This document shows, in pieces, positions 9,871-20,873 of a stretch of 64,000 nt of DNA. The translations under genes were made by a program, and so were the position numbers. Within the stretch, counting starts at the first letter, position 1. Every line of letters starts with the position of its first letter. The stretch is from an uncultured Rivularia sp. (lineage in GTDB: Bacteria > Cyanobacteriota > Cyanobacteriia > Cyanobacteriales > Nostocaceae). The stretch spans positions 5,024,001 through 5,088,000 of the forward strand of contig OY762007.1 in the NCBI GenBank assembly GCA_963665115.1. Reading direction: 5' to 3'. Below the pieces are notes generated by a model, which saw only the letters and a program-made list of their open reading frames with translations, had not been told where the DNA came from and ran no database searches.

Positions 9871-11154
9871 CAAAAGCGTAATGTCCTTTAAATCTAAAAT
9901 TGGTTCGGTCATCTAGAAACGAATTACCCGCCCCCATAGAGGGTATTACACGATTAATGTACTTAGTTTGTTTGGGCTCTTGAGCCAACATCATCGCCAA
10001 TCTGACAAAGCACGCCTAAAATTATTATTACCCCACCGTTGTAATTATCAGCAGCGAAGTTTAAAGAAAGGCAACATGGGAACAAATTGAATTACTAAGC
10101 AGGCCGTTTATCAATCTGCGGTAAACTAGTCCGCGTTCAATTGTTCGACACGTTTGGCGACTTTGACACCATCAAACTCTGAGAATGTACTCGGAGAAAC
10201 TGCCGACAAGCCGAACTGCCCCTACGTAGAATCGGTAACAATTACGATAGCAGCCAAACCGCCTCGGGAGGTGGAACCATTACTTTATATTGTAGATAAG
10301 GAGGGTACTTCCAGAAAATAGTTCTGGATAGCAATTTGGGTATTTAGTATAGCATCGATAGCAATACTACTAAAAATTACTCACTACTCAGCCAAGAAAT
10401 TACTTTATTGACTTCATCTTTTCCTACAATCGGAACAGTTCACCCACTTATGAAAGAAGGTTTGAATTTAATAGTGGAACTTTTACACAAGATTTTTGAG
10501 AAAAATTCTTGTCTAATAAGAAAAGAACATAAGCCACTATTTTTGTTCCAACGAACAAGCTAAACTAACACCCATAAGCGTATACGTCGCATTCTATTTA
10601 TGGCAAGCCTTCGTCTCAAATGCCCCCATGCCGCGAAGCACGAATCTAGCTTTTAGAATGCTAATAACTTTAACGCACGCGGTGGTTAAAATTAAGTATG
10701 CTCAATCAATTGTAGGTCAGATGCCAATCGAATGGTTAATAGAAGTACGGTTATATAGTAGTTTACTACGCCGCTATGCAACGGGGGTAGTTAACCTGAC
10801 TTGAAACATCTAAAAAACCACTCCCACCATAACCTGACTTGTGTTAGGGTTATCTTGCGGTGTAACCCCGAACTATTTTTCGGCAAAGAAAAATAATATA
10901 TTGCACTATTAGAAGGCACCTTCGGTAAACACCATAACACATCAAAAGCTTGTAACAAGTTTTGCGATACACAATCCTCGATACATTAAAAAGGAAAAAT
11001 GACCGTAACTTAATTTTCTTGATTAAAAATTCTTGATTCAATTGTTGAATTCACAAATAATTTTTAGCTTTGTGGTTGTGGTTTAGATGAAAAATCAAAA
11101 CTCTAACAGCAACCATTCATCCATGTAAAGCAGACTTAAATTGGTAGCAATATT

Positions 11155-12135
11155 ATGTTGGCTCAATTTCAGAGCTTGTATCCTACAGGTAGTCTTACCA
11201 CTGAATTACTAGAGATTCACCACGGTAAATATGTCGTTCGTTCCAGCGTGCAAATTGAAGGCGTAACCCGCGCTACGGGAATGGCTGCCGCTGACACTAT
11301 TGAAGAAGCAGAAGATAGATCCAGAGCTAGAGCATTAATGGTTTTAGCAATGAAGGGTGAGAAACCGCAACCAGAAGTACAGCATCAAGAAGTTGCAGCT
11401 TCTCCAAAAGCAAGTTTAGAGCTAGCTTCAAATAGTTCGTTAACTACCGAAAAAGCCGCAGTAAAGGAACGCTCGACTAACAGCGAATCTACAGAAGTAA
11501 CGGAAACTTCCGTATCAAAAGCTCCACCAGCTATTTCTACTGAAGTAACGGAAACTCCCGTATCAAAAGCTCCACCAACTATTTCTACTGAAGTAGCAGA
11601 AACAACCGTATCAAATACTCCACTAGCAAACTCTCCCGAAGAAATACAAACTTCAGATGATATATCGCCCGTTCCCGAGGTTTTCTCGGTAGAAGATGAC
11701 AGCGATATTTACAGCCAAGAATTTGATAAACCATTACCGCTACCAACATATGACGAGCCGGAAGTTGATATACCAGTAGAAAATACGGATATGGCATTCG
11801 ACGATCGAGAAGAAGAACCAGCTTCGAGTAATGCTACCTCCGCAAGTAAAAGCAGCAATGGAAGAACTACGAAGAAAACAACCAAAACAACCACAACCAA
11901 AAGAAAGAAAAAGACCGAACCCATTGATTTATCTGACGTAATAGCCAAAACCGACGTTGAAATGGAGCGTCTAAGTTGGACTCCCCAGCAAGGAAGGGAA
12001 TATTTAATCAACACTTACGGTAAACGAGGACGTACTTTGCTTACCGAAGAAGAACTACTTGATTTTCTTCAGTATTTAGAATCCATACCCACGCAAACAG
12101 AACTTTCCGAAGCAGATCCATTAGCAGGATTTTAA
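11155..12135 (+). CDS. hypothetical protein: folded N- and C-terminal domains joined by an acidic linker
   Basis: 326 aa ORF; compact termini and a low-complexity middle with 3 x 16 aa repeats. Confidence 0.8.
   Translation: MLAQFQSLYPTGSLTTELLEIHHGKYVVRSSVQIEGVTRATGMAAADTIEEAEDRSRARALMVLAMKGEKPQPEVQHQEVAASPKASLELASNSSLTTEKAAVKERSTNSESTEVTETSVSKAPPAISTEVTETPVSKAPPTISTEVAETTVSNTPLANSPEEIQTSDDISPVPEVFSVEDDSDIYSQEFDKPLPLPTYDEPEVDIPVENTDMAFDDREEEPASSNATSASKSSNGRTTKKTTKTTTTKRKKKTEPIDLSDVIAKTDVEMERLSWTPQQGREYLINTYGKRGRTLLTEEELLDFLQYLESIPTQTELSEADPLAGF
11488..11631 (+). repeat. intragenic 48-nt tandem repeat, 3 copies
   Basis: STEVTETSVSKAPPAI / STEVTETPVSKAPPTI / STEVAETTVSNTPLAN. Confidence 0.85.
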
Positions 12136-12192
12136 GATTAGTTAAGAGTTAGGAGTTAGGAGTTATCCTCCCCTCTTCTATGCCCAATTCGC

Positions 12193-12228
12193 AAAAAAAC
12201 ACCCCCCGAACCAAATCGAGGGGTATTT
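12193..12228 (-). terminator. probable intrinsic terminator after ndhJ
   Basis: GC-rich stem followed by a U run on the minus strand. Confidence 0.5.
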
Positions 12229-12254
12229 ATCTAAAATTTGAATTGCAAATTGCT

Positions 12255-12779
12255 TTAATAAGCGTCTTGCAATTCATAAAAGTCGGGCGAAATATAATCT
12301 TTACGTAAGGGATAACCTACCCAATCTTCTGGCATCAAAATTCGTTTTAAGTTTGGATGTCCTTCGTACACAATGCCGTACATATCGTAGGACTCGCGCT
12401 CTTGCCAATCTGCTGTTCTCCAAATCCAATACACGGAAGGTACGGTCGGATTTTCGCGAGGCAAGAATACTTTTACACGTACTTCTTCGGGTCTGTCAGC
12501 ATTATCACTGATTTTTGCCAAGTGGTACATACTGACTAATTGCTCTCCTGGACCTAAATCAATGCCGCATTGACACTGGAGATAGTTAAATCCATAAGCA
12601 TATAAAGCAGTACAAATAGGTAGCAGAAAATCTGACTCTACCTTAATGATTTCGACTCCAGCATGGTCTGCATCTAAAGACTCATGAGCAAAGTCGTTTT
12701 CAGTTAACCATTGGGAAACTTTACCTGCTTCAACAGGAGACTGTTCCTCTGCTGGTACTGGTTTTGTTTCTTCAGCCAC
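12255..12779 (-). CDS. ndhJ: NDH-1 subunit J
   Basis: [35 protein letters not shown]. Confidence 0.97.
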   Translation of the reverse strand: MAEETKPVPAEEQSPVEAGKVSQWLTENDFAHESLDADHAGVEIIKVESDFLLPICTALYAYGFNYLQCQCGIDLGPGEQLVSMYHLAKISDNADRPEEVRVKVFLPRENPTVPSVYWIWRTADWQERESYDMYGIVYEGHPNLKRILMPEDWVGYPLRKDYISPDFYELQDAY

Positions 12780-13509
12780 GTTCTACCTCCTCTTTCTCTT
12801 TAGAAGTCAATAAAGCAGGAGGTATTGGCATACCAATGCTTTCGGCTAATTCTTTTGGTGGAGTATCGCGGGTTTCCGAGCGTAAATATTTACCAGTGAG
12901 AATTTCTTCTACTGGCTTCATGCTGTGAGTGGTGCTGTAATAGCGATGAGTTTGTTTAATCAAATCGCGCTCTTGCATGGAATCATCAGCAATCTTTTTC
13001 CGCAACTTAATAATTGCGTCAATAATCGCTTCCGGACGTGGAGGACAACCGGGTAAATAAACATCCACCGGAATTAACTTATCAACTCCCCGAACTGCGG
13101 TAGGAGAATCAACGCTGAACATACCGCCAGTAATTGTGCAAGCACCCATAGCAATAACATACTTGGGTTCTGGCATTTGTTCGTAAAGACGCACTAATTG
13201 GGGTGCCATCTTCATTGTGATAGTACCCGCAGTGATGATTAAATCGGCTTGACGGGGACTAGAACGAGGGATTAAGCCAAAACGATCAAAATCGAATCGA
13301 GAGCCAATTAAAGCGGCAAATTCGATAAAGCAGCAAGCAGTACCGAATAACAAAGGCCACAAACTAGAAAGCCGCGCCCAGTTGTAGAGGTCATCAACTG
13401 TAGTTAAAATGACATTTTCCGATAATTCTTGAGTAACGTTGGGACGCTGTATCGGATTGAGAATACGTTCTTGATTTTGTTCTATGCCTTTTGTATTGTC
13501 TAAGACCAT
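12772..13509 (-). CDS. ndhK: NDH-1 subunit K
   Basis: [31 protein letters not shown]. Confidence 0.97.
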   Translation of the reverse strand: MVLDNTKGIEQNQERILNPIQRPNVTQELSENVILTTVDDLYNWARLSSLWPLLFGTACCFIEFAALIGSRFDFDRFGLIPRSSPRQADLIITAGTITMKMAPQLVRLYEQMPEPKYVIAMGACTITGGMFSVDSPTAVRGVDKLIPVDVYLPGCPPRPEAIIDAIIKLRKKIADDSMQERDLIKQTHRYYSTTHSMKPVEEILTGKYLRSETRDTPPKELAESIGMPIPPALLTSKEKEEVERG

Positions 13510-13862
13510 TCCAAAGCTCCTTTACGCCATGCGTACACTAGGGCAATTACGAGAATTGCTATAAAAACAAGCGCTTCAATAAATGCAAGCAAACCCAGAC
13601 GATGGAATGCAACAGCCCAAGGATATAAGAACACAGTCTCAACATCAAAGACTACGAATACTAGCGCAAACATATAGTAGCGAATATTGAACTGAATCCA
13701 GGCTCCACCAATGGGTTCCATGCCGGATTCGTAAGTGGTGCGACGTTCGGGGCTGCGACTGCTCGGCCGTAGAAGTTTAGAAGCAGACAAAGCTAGTGCA
13801 GGCACCAAGCTGCACACTATCAAGAAGCCTAGAAGGTATTCGTAACCGCTTAGGACAAACAC
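13500..13862 (-). CDS. ndhC: NDH-1 subunit C
   Basis: [28 protein letters not shown]. Confidence 0.97.
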   Translation of the reverse strand: MFVLSGYEYLLGFLIVCSLVPALALSASKLLRPSSRSPERRTTYESGMEPIGGAWIQFNIRYYMFALVFVVFDVETVFLYPWAVAFHRLGLLAFIEALVFIAILVIALVYAWRKGALEWS

Positions 13863-14060
13863 AATAAATACAAATCCGTTATTAACGTTAGAAACTTTGT
13901 AATTTCACTTAACATTCTTACATTATATCGATTTGACGGTTCTGGAACTTAGAAAACAAACCCATCAGAAGATTTGATTACTTTTTGCTTTTCATAGAAA
14001 TACCCGCCAATTATGTCATAATTTTTAACGTATATTTAAGCTTTGCCCCTAAATGGCGTT

Positions 14061-14396
14061 ATGAGCGAACAAGTTGTTGAAAGTACTGAGTTAGATCGTT
14101 ATGAATGTCGTGCCTGTGGTTACGTCTACGAACCGGAAAAAGGAGATGACAGTCATAACATTCCCTCCAATACTGCTTTTGCAGAATTACCCATAACCTG
14201 GCGTTGTCCAGTTTGCACGGCTAAAAAGAAAGCCTTTGAAAACGTAGGTCCTGCCGGGACTGCTTCTGGTTTCTCGGAAAATCTTGGCTATGGACTTGGT
14301 GTTAATAAGCTCACCCCCGGTCAAAAAAATATCTTGATTTTTGGCGCTTTGGCTCTTGGTTTCTTGTTTTTTCTCAGTCTGTATGGCTTAAAATAA
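14061..14396 (+). CDS. rubA: membrane-anchored rubredoxin
   Basis: CRACGYVY...WRCPVC plus a C-terminal TM helix; directly upstream of ycf48. Confidence 0.93.
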   Translation: MSEQVVESTELDRYECRACGYVYEPEKGDDSHNIPSNTAFAELPITWRCPVCTAKKKAFENVGPAGTASGFSENLGYGLGVNKLTPGQKNILIFGALALGFLFFLSLYGLK

Positions 14397-14494
14397 GAAG
14401 CTACGTATGTAAAGCTGGGCACATAATCTACCATTAGCCACCGAAGCTTTTAACACACCAATTAACAAAATTAATCAAAAGTAAACTGATAGAA

Positions 14495-15517
14495 ATGTTG
14501 CCAATTATGAGAATTGGAAGACGAATATTAGCATTGTTGGCGATCGCCCTAATTTGTTTCGGTTGCAGTAGCGTTCCTTCCATGAGTTACAACCCTTGGG
14601 AGGTAATTTCTCTACCTACTGATTCCAAGCTATTTGATATAGGTTTTACCGATGACCCCAATCATGGCTTCATCGTTGGTAATAAATCGACCCTTTTGGA
14701 AACAAAAGACGCTGGCGAATCTTGGAATCCTATTGCTTTACAGCTAGGCGATGACAATTACCGTTTTAACGCAATTGATTTTGACGGAAATGAAGGGTGG
14801 ATAGCTGCGGAACCTTCCATTTTGCTACACACCACCGATGAAGGCAAAACTTGGTCGAGCATTCCTTTGAGCGAGAAATTACCCGGTAATCCTGTCAGCA
14901 TTGTGGCTTTGGGTAAGGATAAAGCTGAAATGGCGACCGATGTCGGAGCAATATATAAAACCGAAGATGCCGGTAAAAATTGGAAGGCGCAAGTTGAAGA
15001 ATCTGTAGGTGTTGTACGTAATATTGAACGTTCCGAGGATGGAAGATACATTGCTGTTTCCGGTAAAGGGAACTTTTATTCCACTTGGGAACCCGGACAA
15101 AACGCTTGGGTTCAGCACAACCGCAACAGTTCTCGCAAAGTAGAAAACATGGGTTTTGCTGAGAATGGTCAAACGTGGATGTTAGCCAGAGGTGGACAGC
15201 TACAGTTCAGCGAACCAAACAATTTGGAAGAATGGCTTGATGCTCAATACCCAGAAATATCAACCAGTTGGGGCTTGCTCGATTTAGCCTACCAGACTCC
15301 ATCCGATGTATGGCTTAGCGGAGGTAGTGCTAACTTACTCCACAGCATCGACGGAGGAGAAACCTGGGAAAAAGATCGCGATGTAGAAGATGTTGCAACA
15401 AATTTTTACAAAATCGTTTTCTTATCTCCTAAGAAAGGATTTATTATCGGGGATCGGGGCTTTTTATTGAAGTATCAACCTGATATTGCACCGCCAACTG
15501 AGGCATCTGAAGCTTAA
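14495..15517 (+). CDS. ycf48: PSII assembly factor Ycf48/Hcf136
   Basis: Lipoprotein signal, BNR-like T.D.G..W repeats, upstream of psbE. Confidence 0.95.
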   Translation: MLPIMRIGRRILALLAIALICFGCSSVPSMSYNPWEVISLPTDSKLFDIGFTDDPNHGFIVGNKSTLLETKDAGESWNPIALQLGDDNYRFNAIDFDGNEGWIAAEPSILLHTTDEGKTWSSIPLSEKLPGNPVSIVALGKDKAEMATDVGAIYKTEDAGKNWKAQVEESVGVVRNIERSEDGRYIAVSGKGNFYSTWEPGQNAWVQHNRNSSRKVENMGFAENGQTWMLARGGQLQFSEPNNLEEWLDAQYPEISTSWGLLDLAYQTPSDVWLSGGSANLLHSIDGGETWEKDRDVEDVATNFYKIVFLSPKKGFIIGDRGFLLKYQPDIAPPTEASEA

Positions 15518-15646
15518 GATGAATAAAAGGGGAAAATTGTGATTGAATAATCATTCCTAATTATGAGAATTTGTTGCAACTTGTAACTCTTTCTTAAGTT
15601 TGTAGGATAATAAACACATACTTCAAGTTTTGATAGGTTAAGCATA

Positions 15647-15895
15647 ATGAGTGGAACTACCGGAGAACGTCCGTTTGGAGACATTATTACTAGTGTTCGT
15701 TACTGGGTAATTCACAGCATCACCATTCCTGCATTATTTATTGCAGGTTGGTTGTTTGTTAGCACCGGATTAGCATACGATGCATTTGGTACCCCTCGTC
15801 CAGATACCTATTTCACTCAAGAAAGGCAAGAAGTGCCACTTGTAAACAATCGTTTTGAAGCTAAAAATCAAGTTGACGTATTTACTGGAAAGTAG
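15647..15895 (+). CDS. psbE: cytochrome b559 alpha subunit
   Basis: [28 protein letters not shown]. Confidence 0.98.
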   Translation: MSGTTGERPFGDIITSVRYWVIHSITIPALFIAGWLFVSTGLAYDAFGTPRPDTYFTQERQEVPLVNNRFEAKNQVDVFTGK

Positions 15896-15904
15896 TTTTA
15901 AGTT

Positions 15905-16042
15905 ATGACAAACTCAGATAACATCAACCAACCAATACAATATCCAATTTTTACCGTTAGATGGGTAGCGGTTCACACTTTAGCAGTACCCACCGTGTTC
16001 TTTTTAGGCGCGATCGCGGCGATGCAATTTATCCAACGCTAG
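15905..16042 (+). CDS. psbF: cytochrome b559 beta subunit
   Basis: Manual translation: [45 protein letters not shown]. Confidence 0.97.
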   Translation: MTNSDNINQPIQYPIFTVRWVAVHTLAVPTVFFLGAIAAMQFIQR

Positions 16043-16051
16043 GAGTTTTTG

Positions 16052-16171
16052 ATGGATAGAAATACTAATTCCAATAATCAGCCAGTAGAGTTAAACAGAA
16101 CATCTTTGTTCCTCGGACTACTACTAGTGTTTGTTCTAGGAATTCTTTTTTCCAGTTACTTCTTTAACTAA
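16052..16171 (+). CDS. psbL: photosystem II protein L
   Basis: Manual translation: [47 protein letters not shown]. Confidence 0.97.
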   Translation: MDRNTNSNNQPVELNRTSLFLGLLLVFVLGILFSSYFFN

Positions 16172-16255
16172 GTTTACTGGGCACAGATTAATCTATTAAT
16201 TAATCATTTTTTATTACCTGACTCGATGTTGTGATTAAGGAGGCAAGTTAATATC

Positions 16256-16375
16256 ATGTCTGGAGGCGGAAAAATACCCTTATGGGTTGTCGCTACAATC
16301 GCAGGATTGGGCGTAATTACTGTTGTAGGCATTTTCTTCTATGGTGCCTATGCTGGAGTTGGTTCTTCTATTTAA
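16256..16375 (+). CDS. psbJ: photosystem II protein J
   Basis: Manual translation: [49 protein letters not shown]. Confidence 0.97.
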   Translation: MSGGGKIPLWVVATIAGLGVITVVGIFFYGAYAGVGSSI

Positions 16376-16454
16376 GAAAAAGTTTGAACCATTCAAACAA
16401 GAACCGATTTTTCTAATATTTAATTAGAAATTAGAAATTAGAAATTAGAATTTG

Positions 16455-16488
16455 AAAACCGCCTGTCTGTTATAGATGGGCGGTTTTT
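16455..16488. terminator. bidirectional intrinsic terminator between psbJ and psaI
   Basis: AAAACCGCCTGTCT-loop-AGATGGGCGGTTTTT. Confidence 0.8.
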
Positions 16489-16580
16489 AATTGGTGGAAA
16501 AACGGGCAGGATGTCCATACAACAAGAGTTAGTTGTATTCAAGTGGAATATCCTGCCTGCTTGTTTACTTAAATCGAAAC

Positions 16581-16691
16581 TTAACCGATATCATCGCGTT
16601 CCATGTACAACAACATAAATGCCATTGCTACGGCTGGAAAAACAAGACCTGTCAAAGGGACGAGGACGGATGGCAGAAAAGATGCAGCCAC
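16581..16691 (-). CDS. psaI: photosystem I subunit VIII
   Basis: Manual translation from GTG: MAASFLPSVLVPLTGLVFPAVAMAFMLLYMERDDIG; GGAGG RBS. Confidence 0.93.
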   Translation of the reverse strand: MAASFLPSVLVPLTGLVFPAVAMAFMLLYMERDDIG

Positions 16692-16808
16692 AATTAAACC
16701 TCCTAAAAAATCATATTGCAATTCAAGACGAGCTTACTGCAAATTGCACCGCTATAAGGCAAAATTGTACATATTTTTAACACAAAGCTTTTAATGGAGT
16801 TGAAAGTG

Positions 16809-17020
16809 GGGAGTGGGGGAGTAGAGAGTAGGGAGTAGGGAGTAGAGAGTAGGGAGTAGGGAGTAGGGAGTAGGGAGTAGGGAGTAGGGAGTAGGGAGTA
16901 GAGAGTAGGGAGTAGGGAGTAGGGAGTAGTGAGTAGAAATAAAAGATTTATTTTTTTTTGATTGCTCTCCATTCCCCATTCCCCATTCCCCATTCCCTAT
17001 TCCCTGTTCCCTGTTCCCTA
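16809..17020. repeat. long STRR tracts: (GGGAGTA)n, then (ATTCCCC/GTTCCCT)n
   Basis: Tandem heptamers. Confidence 0.92.
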
Positions 17021-17027
17021 TTCTGTG

Positions 17028-19935
17028 TCAAATCCCCAACATTGCATCAACTTGAATGTTAGGTAAGTCTGGAGGTATTACAGTACGTTGGATAGTAAAT
17101 TTATGACTTTCCTGTTGGGTGCTTCTATTTATCGCAACCGCTTCCAAACGAATTTCTAAACAACCGAAAGGAACGTTTAGTTTAGTTATGACTTCCAACT
17201 GTTTATTTTTATTAGGGGTTAAATTTGTCAGTAGGTGGGGGGCCATCGAGTAAATGCCTTATCTGACAATCTTCCATCCATAATTTAACGGCAAGATGAG
17301 AACTTCCCTCTGGTAGACGCACTCGCACGTTAAGCGATTTACCTGAAATAAGTTCCCCTTGCTGTATGTAAAGTTCGGGAGTCGGCAACTCTTCTAACTT
17401 TTGAGTACTTATTGTAAGTGCTGAGCTTAATGAATTTTCTGTCTTATTATCTATCGCTTCATCTGGTTCGGATTTTTCCGCAGTTAATATGTCATCTGCA
17501 AAAATATCTGTATCGTCTACTACTATTTCTTGAGCTATTTGAGTTGATGGTGCTGTTATTTGATTGACTTGCCACTGCGAAGAAGTGGAAATAGATATAT
17601 AAGGTGATGGTGTTGCTTGTATATCTATTTGTGCTTTTTCTGGGAATACCTGCGAATTGCGATCTGTTTGTGCGTTTGGACTTAAGGAAGCCTGCTGGTA
17701 AGAAATCTCTTGCCTCATCTCAATATCGTAGTCTTCGTACTCTACATCAATGGGTTCGGGAACAGAATATCCCTGGGAAAGCATCCACTGTCTAATTAAA
17801 GGAGAAGTATTGAGATTTTCTCCTGCAATCAATTCTGAATTGCGGGGGGTAACTGGTTCTTCAAATTCCTCTATATAGTCGTCTTTTTGTTCATCGACTA
17901 CCAATTCAGCTTGAGAACTATTGTCAGCTTGGAGCGATGTTTCAGCTATATTTTGAGTTTCAGCAACGGTGTATGTTGACTCCTCAGTTTCATAAATATC
18001 TTCATCAACTTCCACGCTAGTCTTAGGTGTTGCTTTTGATTTCCGTAAGAAGGGAAAACTAGTACCCGTAATCGCTGAACCAGACGAATCTATATATCCG
18101 TTATTAATGTACTCATCGATTTTCTCTTGATAGCCGGGGACGTTTGGCAATTTTAGTGGATGCGTTGCGACTCTCCTACGAAGCTTCCGAGGATCTATAC
18201 GGGGTGGAAGAGATTTTTTGATTGATGGTACCCCCGTTCCTGATTGTTCTTCTGGTTTAACTGTTTTTACTAAATTAAAAAGTTGTAAATCCAGGGATAC
18301 AGACTCTTCTACAATTTGAGATGCATTTTGGGCAAAATATTCCTCTGTGGAGCAAGCAAACTTTTCTAATTCACCTTTCGGATTGGCAACAGTAATTGCC
18401 AATAATTCTTTAATCTCTGCCGTAATTGTAAAAGGCTGGCTGGCTAATAACTCTACAACTCCCGACTGGGTAAGTACCCCATATAACTTCACCTCTCCGA
18501 GAATTAACTTAGAAGAACATTCTTCAGGAATATTAATTAAAGAGGCGATCGCAAATGGTAGCGATTTATTGGGGTTGGGTAGCCGAAAAGATTGTAATAG
18601 TTGAGAATTTTGTGGCGATCGCAATTCAATTTCTACTTCGGCGCTGGTAATCTGTGTAATTTGCCTTTCTGTTGTTTCTTTGAGTTGGACCACTCCTTCA
18701 AGTGTAATGGTACTTCCCCAACTAGCAACGTGGCTATTTTTATCTAAAGTCAGCAGTAACGGTAAAGGCGGTGGGGCTGCAACTGTATCTTCAATACTGT
18801 CATCGGGAAGCAAAGGTTCTTTATTCGGTAAAGCTAACTCCATCAAATTTTGTAAAATTTGCTCTGCTGTATCGCCTTTAATTCTTACCGGATTAGAATT
18901 TTGCTCGGCGATTACCTTCGGTAGAGCTATCTCTTTCAGAGAGGCTCCGCTAACGCTTAACGCTGTTACTTCTTTGCGATTGGGTTTTTGATTAACATCT
19001 TTTTTATTTGATTTTTTAACGGTTTTTTCGTTAACGTCTTTTTTGTTTGATGTTGCTTTAGATTTTTCTAACGATTCTTGGGGTGATTTTTTATTAACAG
19101 TTTTATTTGATGTAATGATGGATGCTGGCTGTTTTTGGGCTGATAAATTAACAGCTTTTTCCGGTACACCTTTAGCCTTTTCTGCTAACTCCTGGGTAGG
19201 AATTTCGCTAAGGGCTTTATTTCGCGTAGTTGAAACTTTTTGAGTAGATTTTCGAGGAGGCTTCTTAGTAACAGTTTTTTGTTTATCCGAAGCAGCTCTA
19301 AGCGACTCTCGTAACTTATCGGCAGGTTTTTCCTGAGAAGCTTTTTTACCAGTATTGGGGGGAGTGGAACTTAGTTTACCTGTAATGTTGCGACTAGAAC
19401 CTTTATTCGTAACTGCTTCTATAGAAATAGAAGATATTAATCCAGCATCGTTTGTTTTGAAATCCTTAGAGGAAACAGTGATTTTTGATTTAGTTTGATT
19501 TGTCTGTATATCCTCGCTGGCAACTTTATATTGCCGATCCGAATTATGGTTGGGTTTTTTTGGCGAAATTATCTTTCCTTCAACAGGAGAAGGTATAACT
19601 GCCAAATTAACAGTATATTGCCAGGAAGCACCAAGAAGATCTGACATTAAATCGCCAGAACATTGTAATTCCCAAATTCCCGACTTGAGATAAGTAAAGG
19701 GAATTATAGCCATTAACCCTTCTGAATTAACGCGCCGAATTCGTTTTTGAATGCGCCGTATGGGTGGAAGTTCCGATGGGGAAGAATGAGTTACCCGCAC
19801 CTCCACATCAGTATTAGTACGGTTAGAACGAGCAACTACTCGATACCGACCTTCTGTAATTTCTACATTTGGCTTCTTCAAAGGATGCCAAGTACGTTCG
19901 CCTTCTTTCTGTATCAGAAATTGCCACTGTTCCAT
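17028..19935 (-). CDS. large hypothetical protein, +1 frameshift in the G6 run at 17237-17242
   Basis: The 907 aa ORF continues as DGPHLLTNL...DAMLGI after removing one base; span is 3n+1. Confidence 0.75.
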
Positions 19936-20524
19936 TGTGAGTGATGTCTAAAACTGATAGCAGCCGTAGTATTATTTGCACTGTCTTGCTTGCAAGTTTA
20001 CCGTACTCAATCTGTAATTGGTTGCATAAAGTGTTGTTTTGATTAAAACACAATGCAGGCGCTGCCTTTAAGTGTAATTAGATTAACATTATAATCAGCG
20101 TTGTTGCTTCAAACTTATATTGAGTTGCGATTTTAGCAGTTTACTACAGCTCCATCTCAACTGCTTTTTTGCTCTCTTATATTAGTGTTATATTTCGTTA
20201 GCTGCTGAAGACTACGAATAAATTTAACTTGAAAACACGTGTGATGTTATTCGCCTGTTACAGTCTTAGCAATCTCTGTAATCTTGCTTTTGTTAAAATG
20301 TGTGACTGCTTACATTCGATTCAAAATTAAGCACAAGTCGCTAGGCAATAAATTATCGGATTTACGTCGGGGAGAACATCAATGCTATACCAACAATGCA
20401 AAATCCTCTCAACTTGAAAGAAGAGAGGTTAAGATTTATAGTCATTCCAATTAATTGACAAAGGTGGGAACCGAACAGATCCTTAGTATTCCACCACATT
20501 CATTACTAAAGGCTTAAAAGGTTT

Positions 20525-20572
20525 GTAGTAAGGGCTTTAGCCCTTAATTAGAGGACTGAAGTCCTTACTACA
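20525..20572. repeat. REP doublet GTAGTAAGGGCTTTAGCCCT...GGACTGAAGTCCTTACTAC
   Basis: GTAG/CTAC-flanked hairpins; related copies near 39655-39672 and 59813-59880. Confidence 0.7.
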
Positions 20573-20624
20573 AACTGGAAAGTTAAAATGAATGGACTTT
20601 GATAAAAGGCGGAAAAACTATATA

Positions 20625-20870
20625 TTACACATCATAACGATGTTGATAATAAGCCAGAATCTGCTTCACCCATTGTCTGGTTTGCGAACTAGAATTTGAA
20701 CCGTAATCAATCCATAAACCACCGATTTGGCTTTGATTGTAATCAAACTCTTGAGAAGTTTGTTCTATTAATCCCACTTCTATTCCTTCAACAGAACCTA
20801 AATGAGCCGCAATCTCGCGATAGACTGCCAAAGGTAAACCAGCAAATACAATCTTTTCCTTTGTCTCCAT
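20625..20870 (-). CDS. small hypothetical protein
   Basis: 81 aa ORF starting 3 nt after the upstream gene's stop; LPLAVYREIAAHL...FDY..SQIGGL. Confidence 0.75.
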   Translation of the reverse strand: METKEKIVFAGLPLAVYREIAAHLGSVEGIEVGLIEQTSQEFDYNQSQIGGLWIDYGSNSSSQTRQWVKQILAYYQHRYDV

Positions 20871-20873
20871 ATT

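Noticed and set aside
9701..10000. 99 aa ORF
   Set aside because: Made largely of nested palindromic repeat sequence
16809..16933. Possible CRISPR array (also 25921-26050)
   Set aside because: Contiguous 7-mers with no unique spacers and no cas genes
16703..16993. ORFs with PYSLLPT repeats
   Set aside because: Translations of STRR heptamers, not genes
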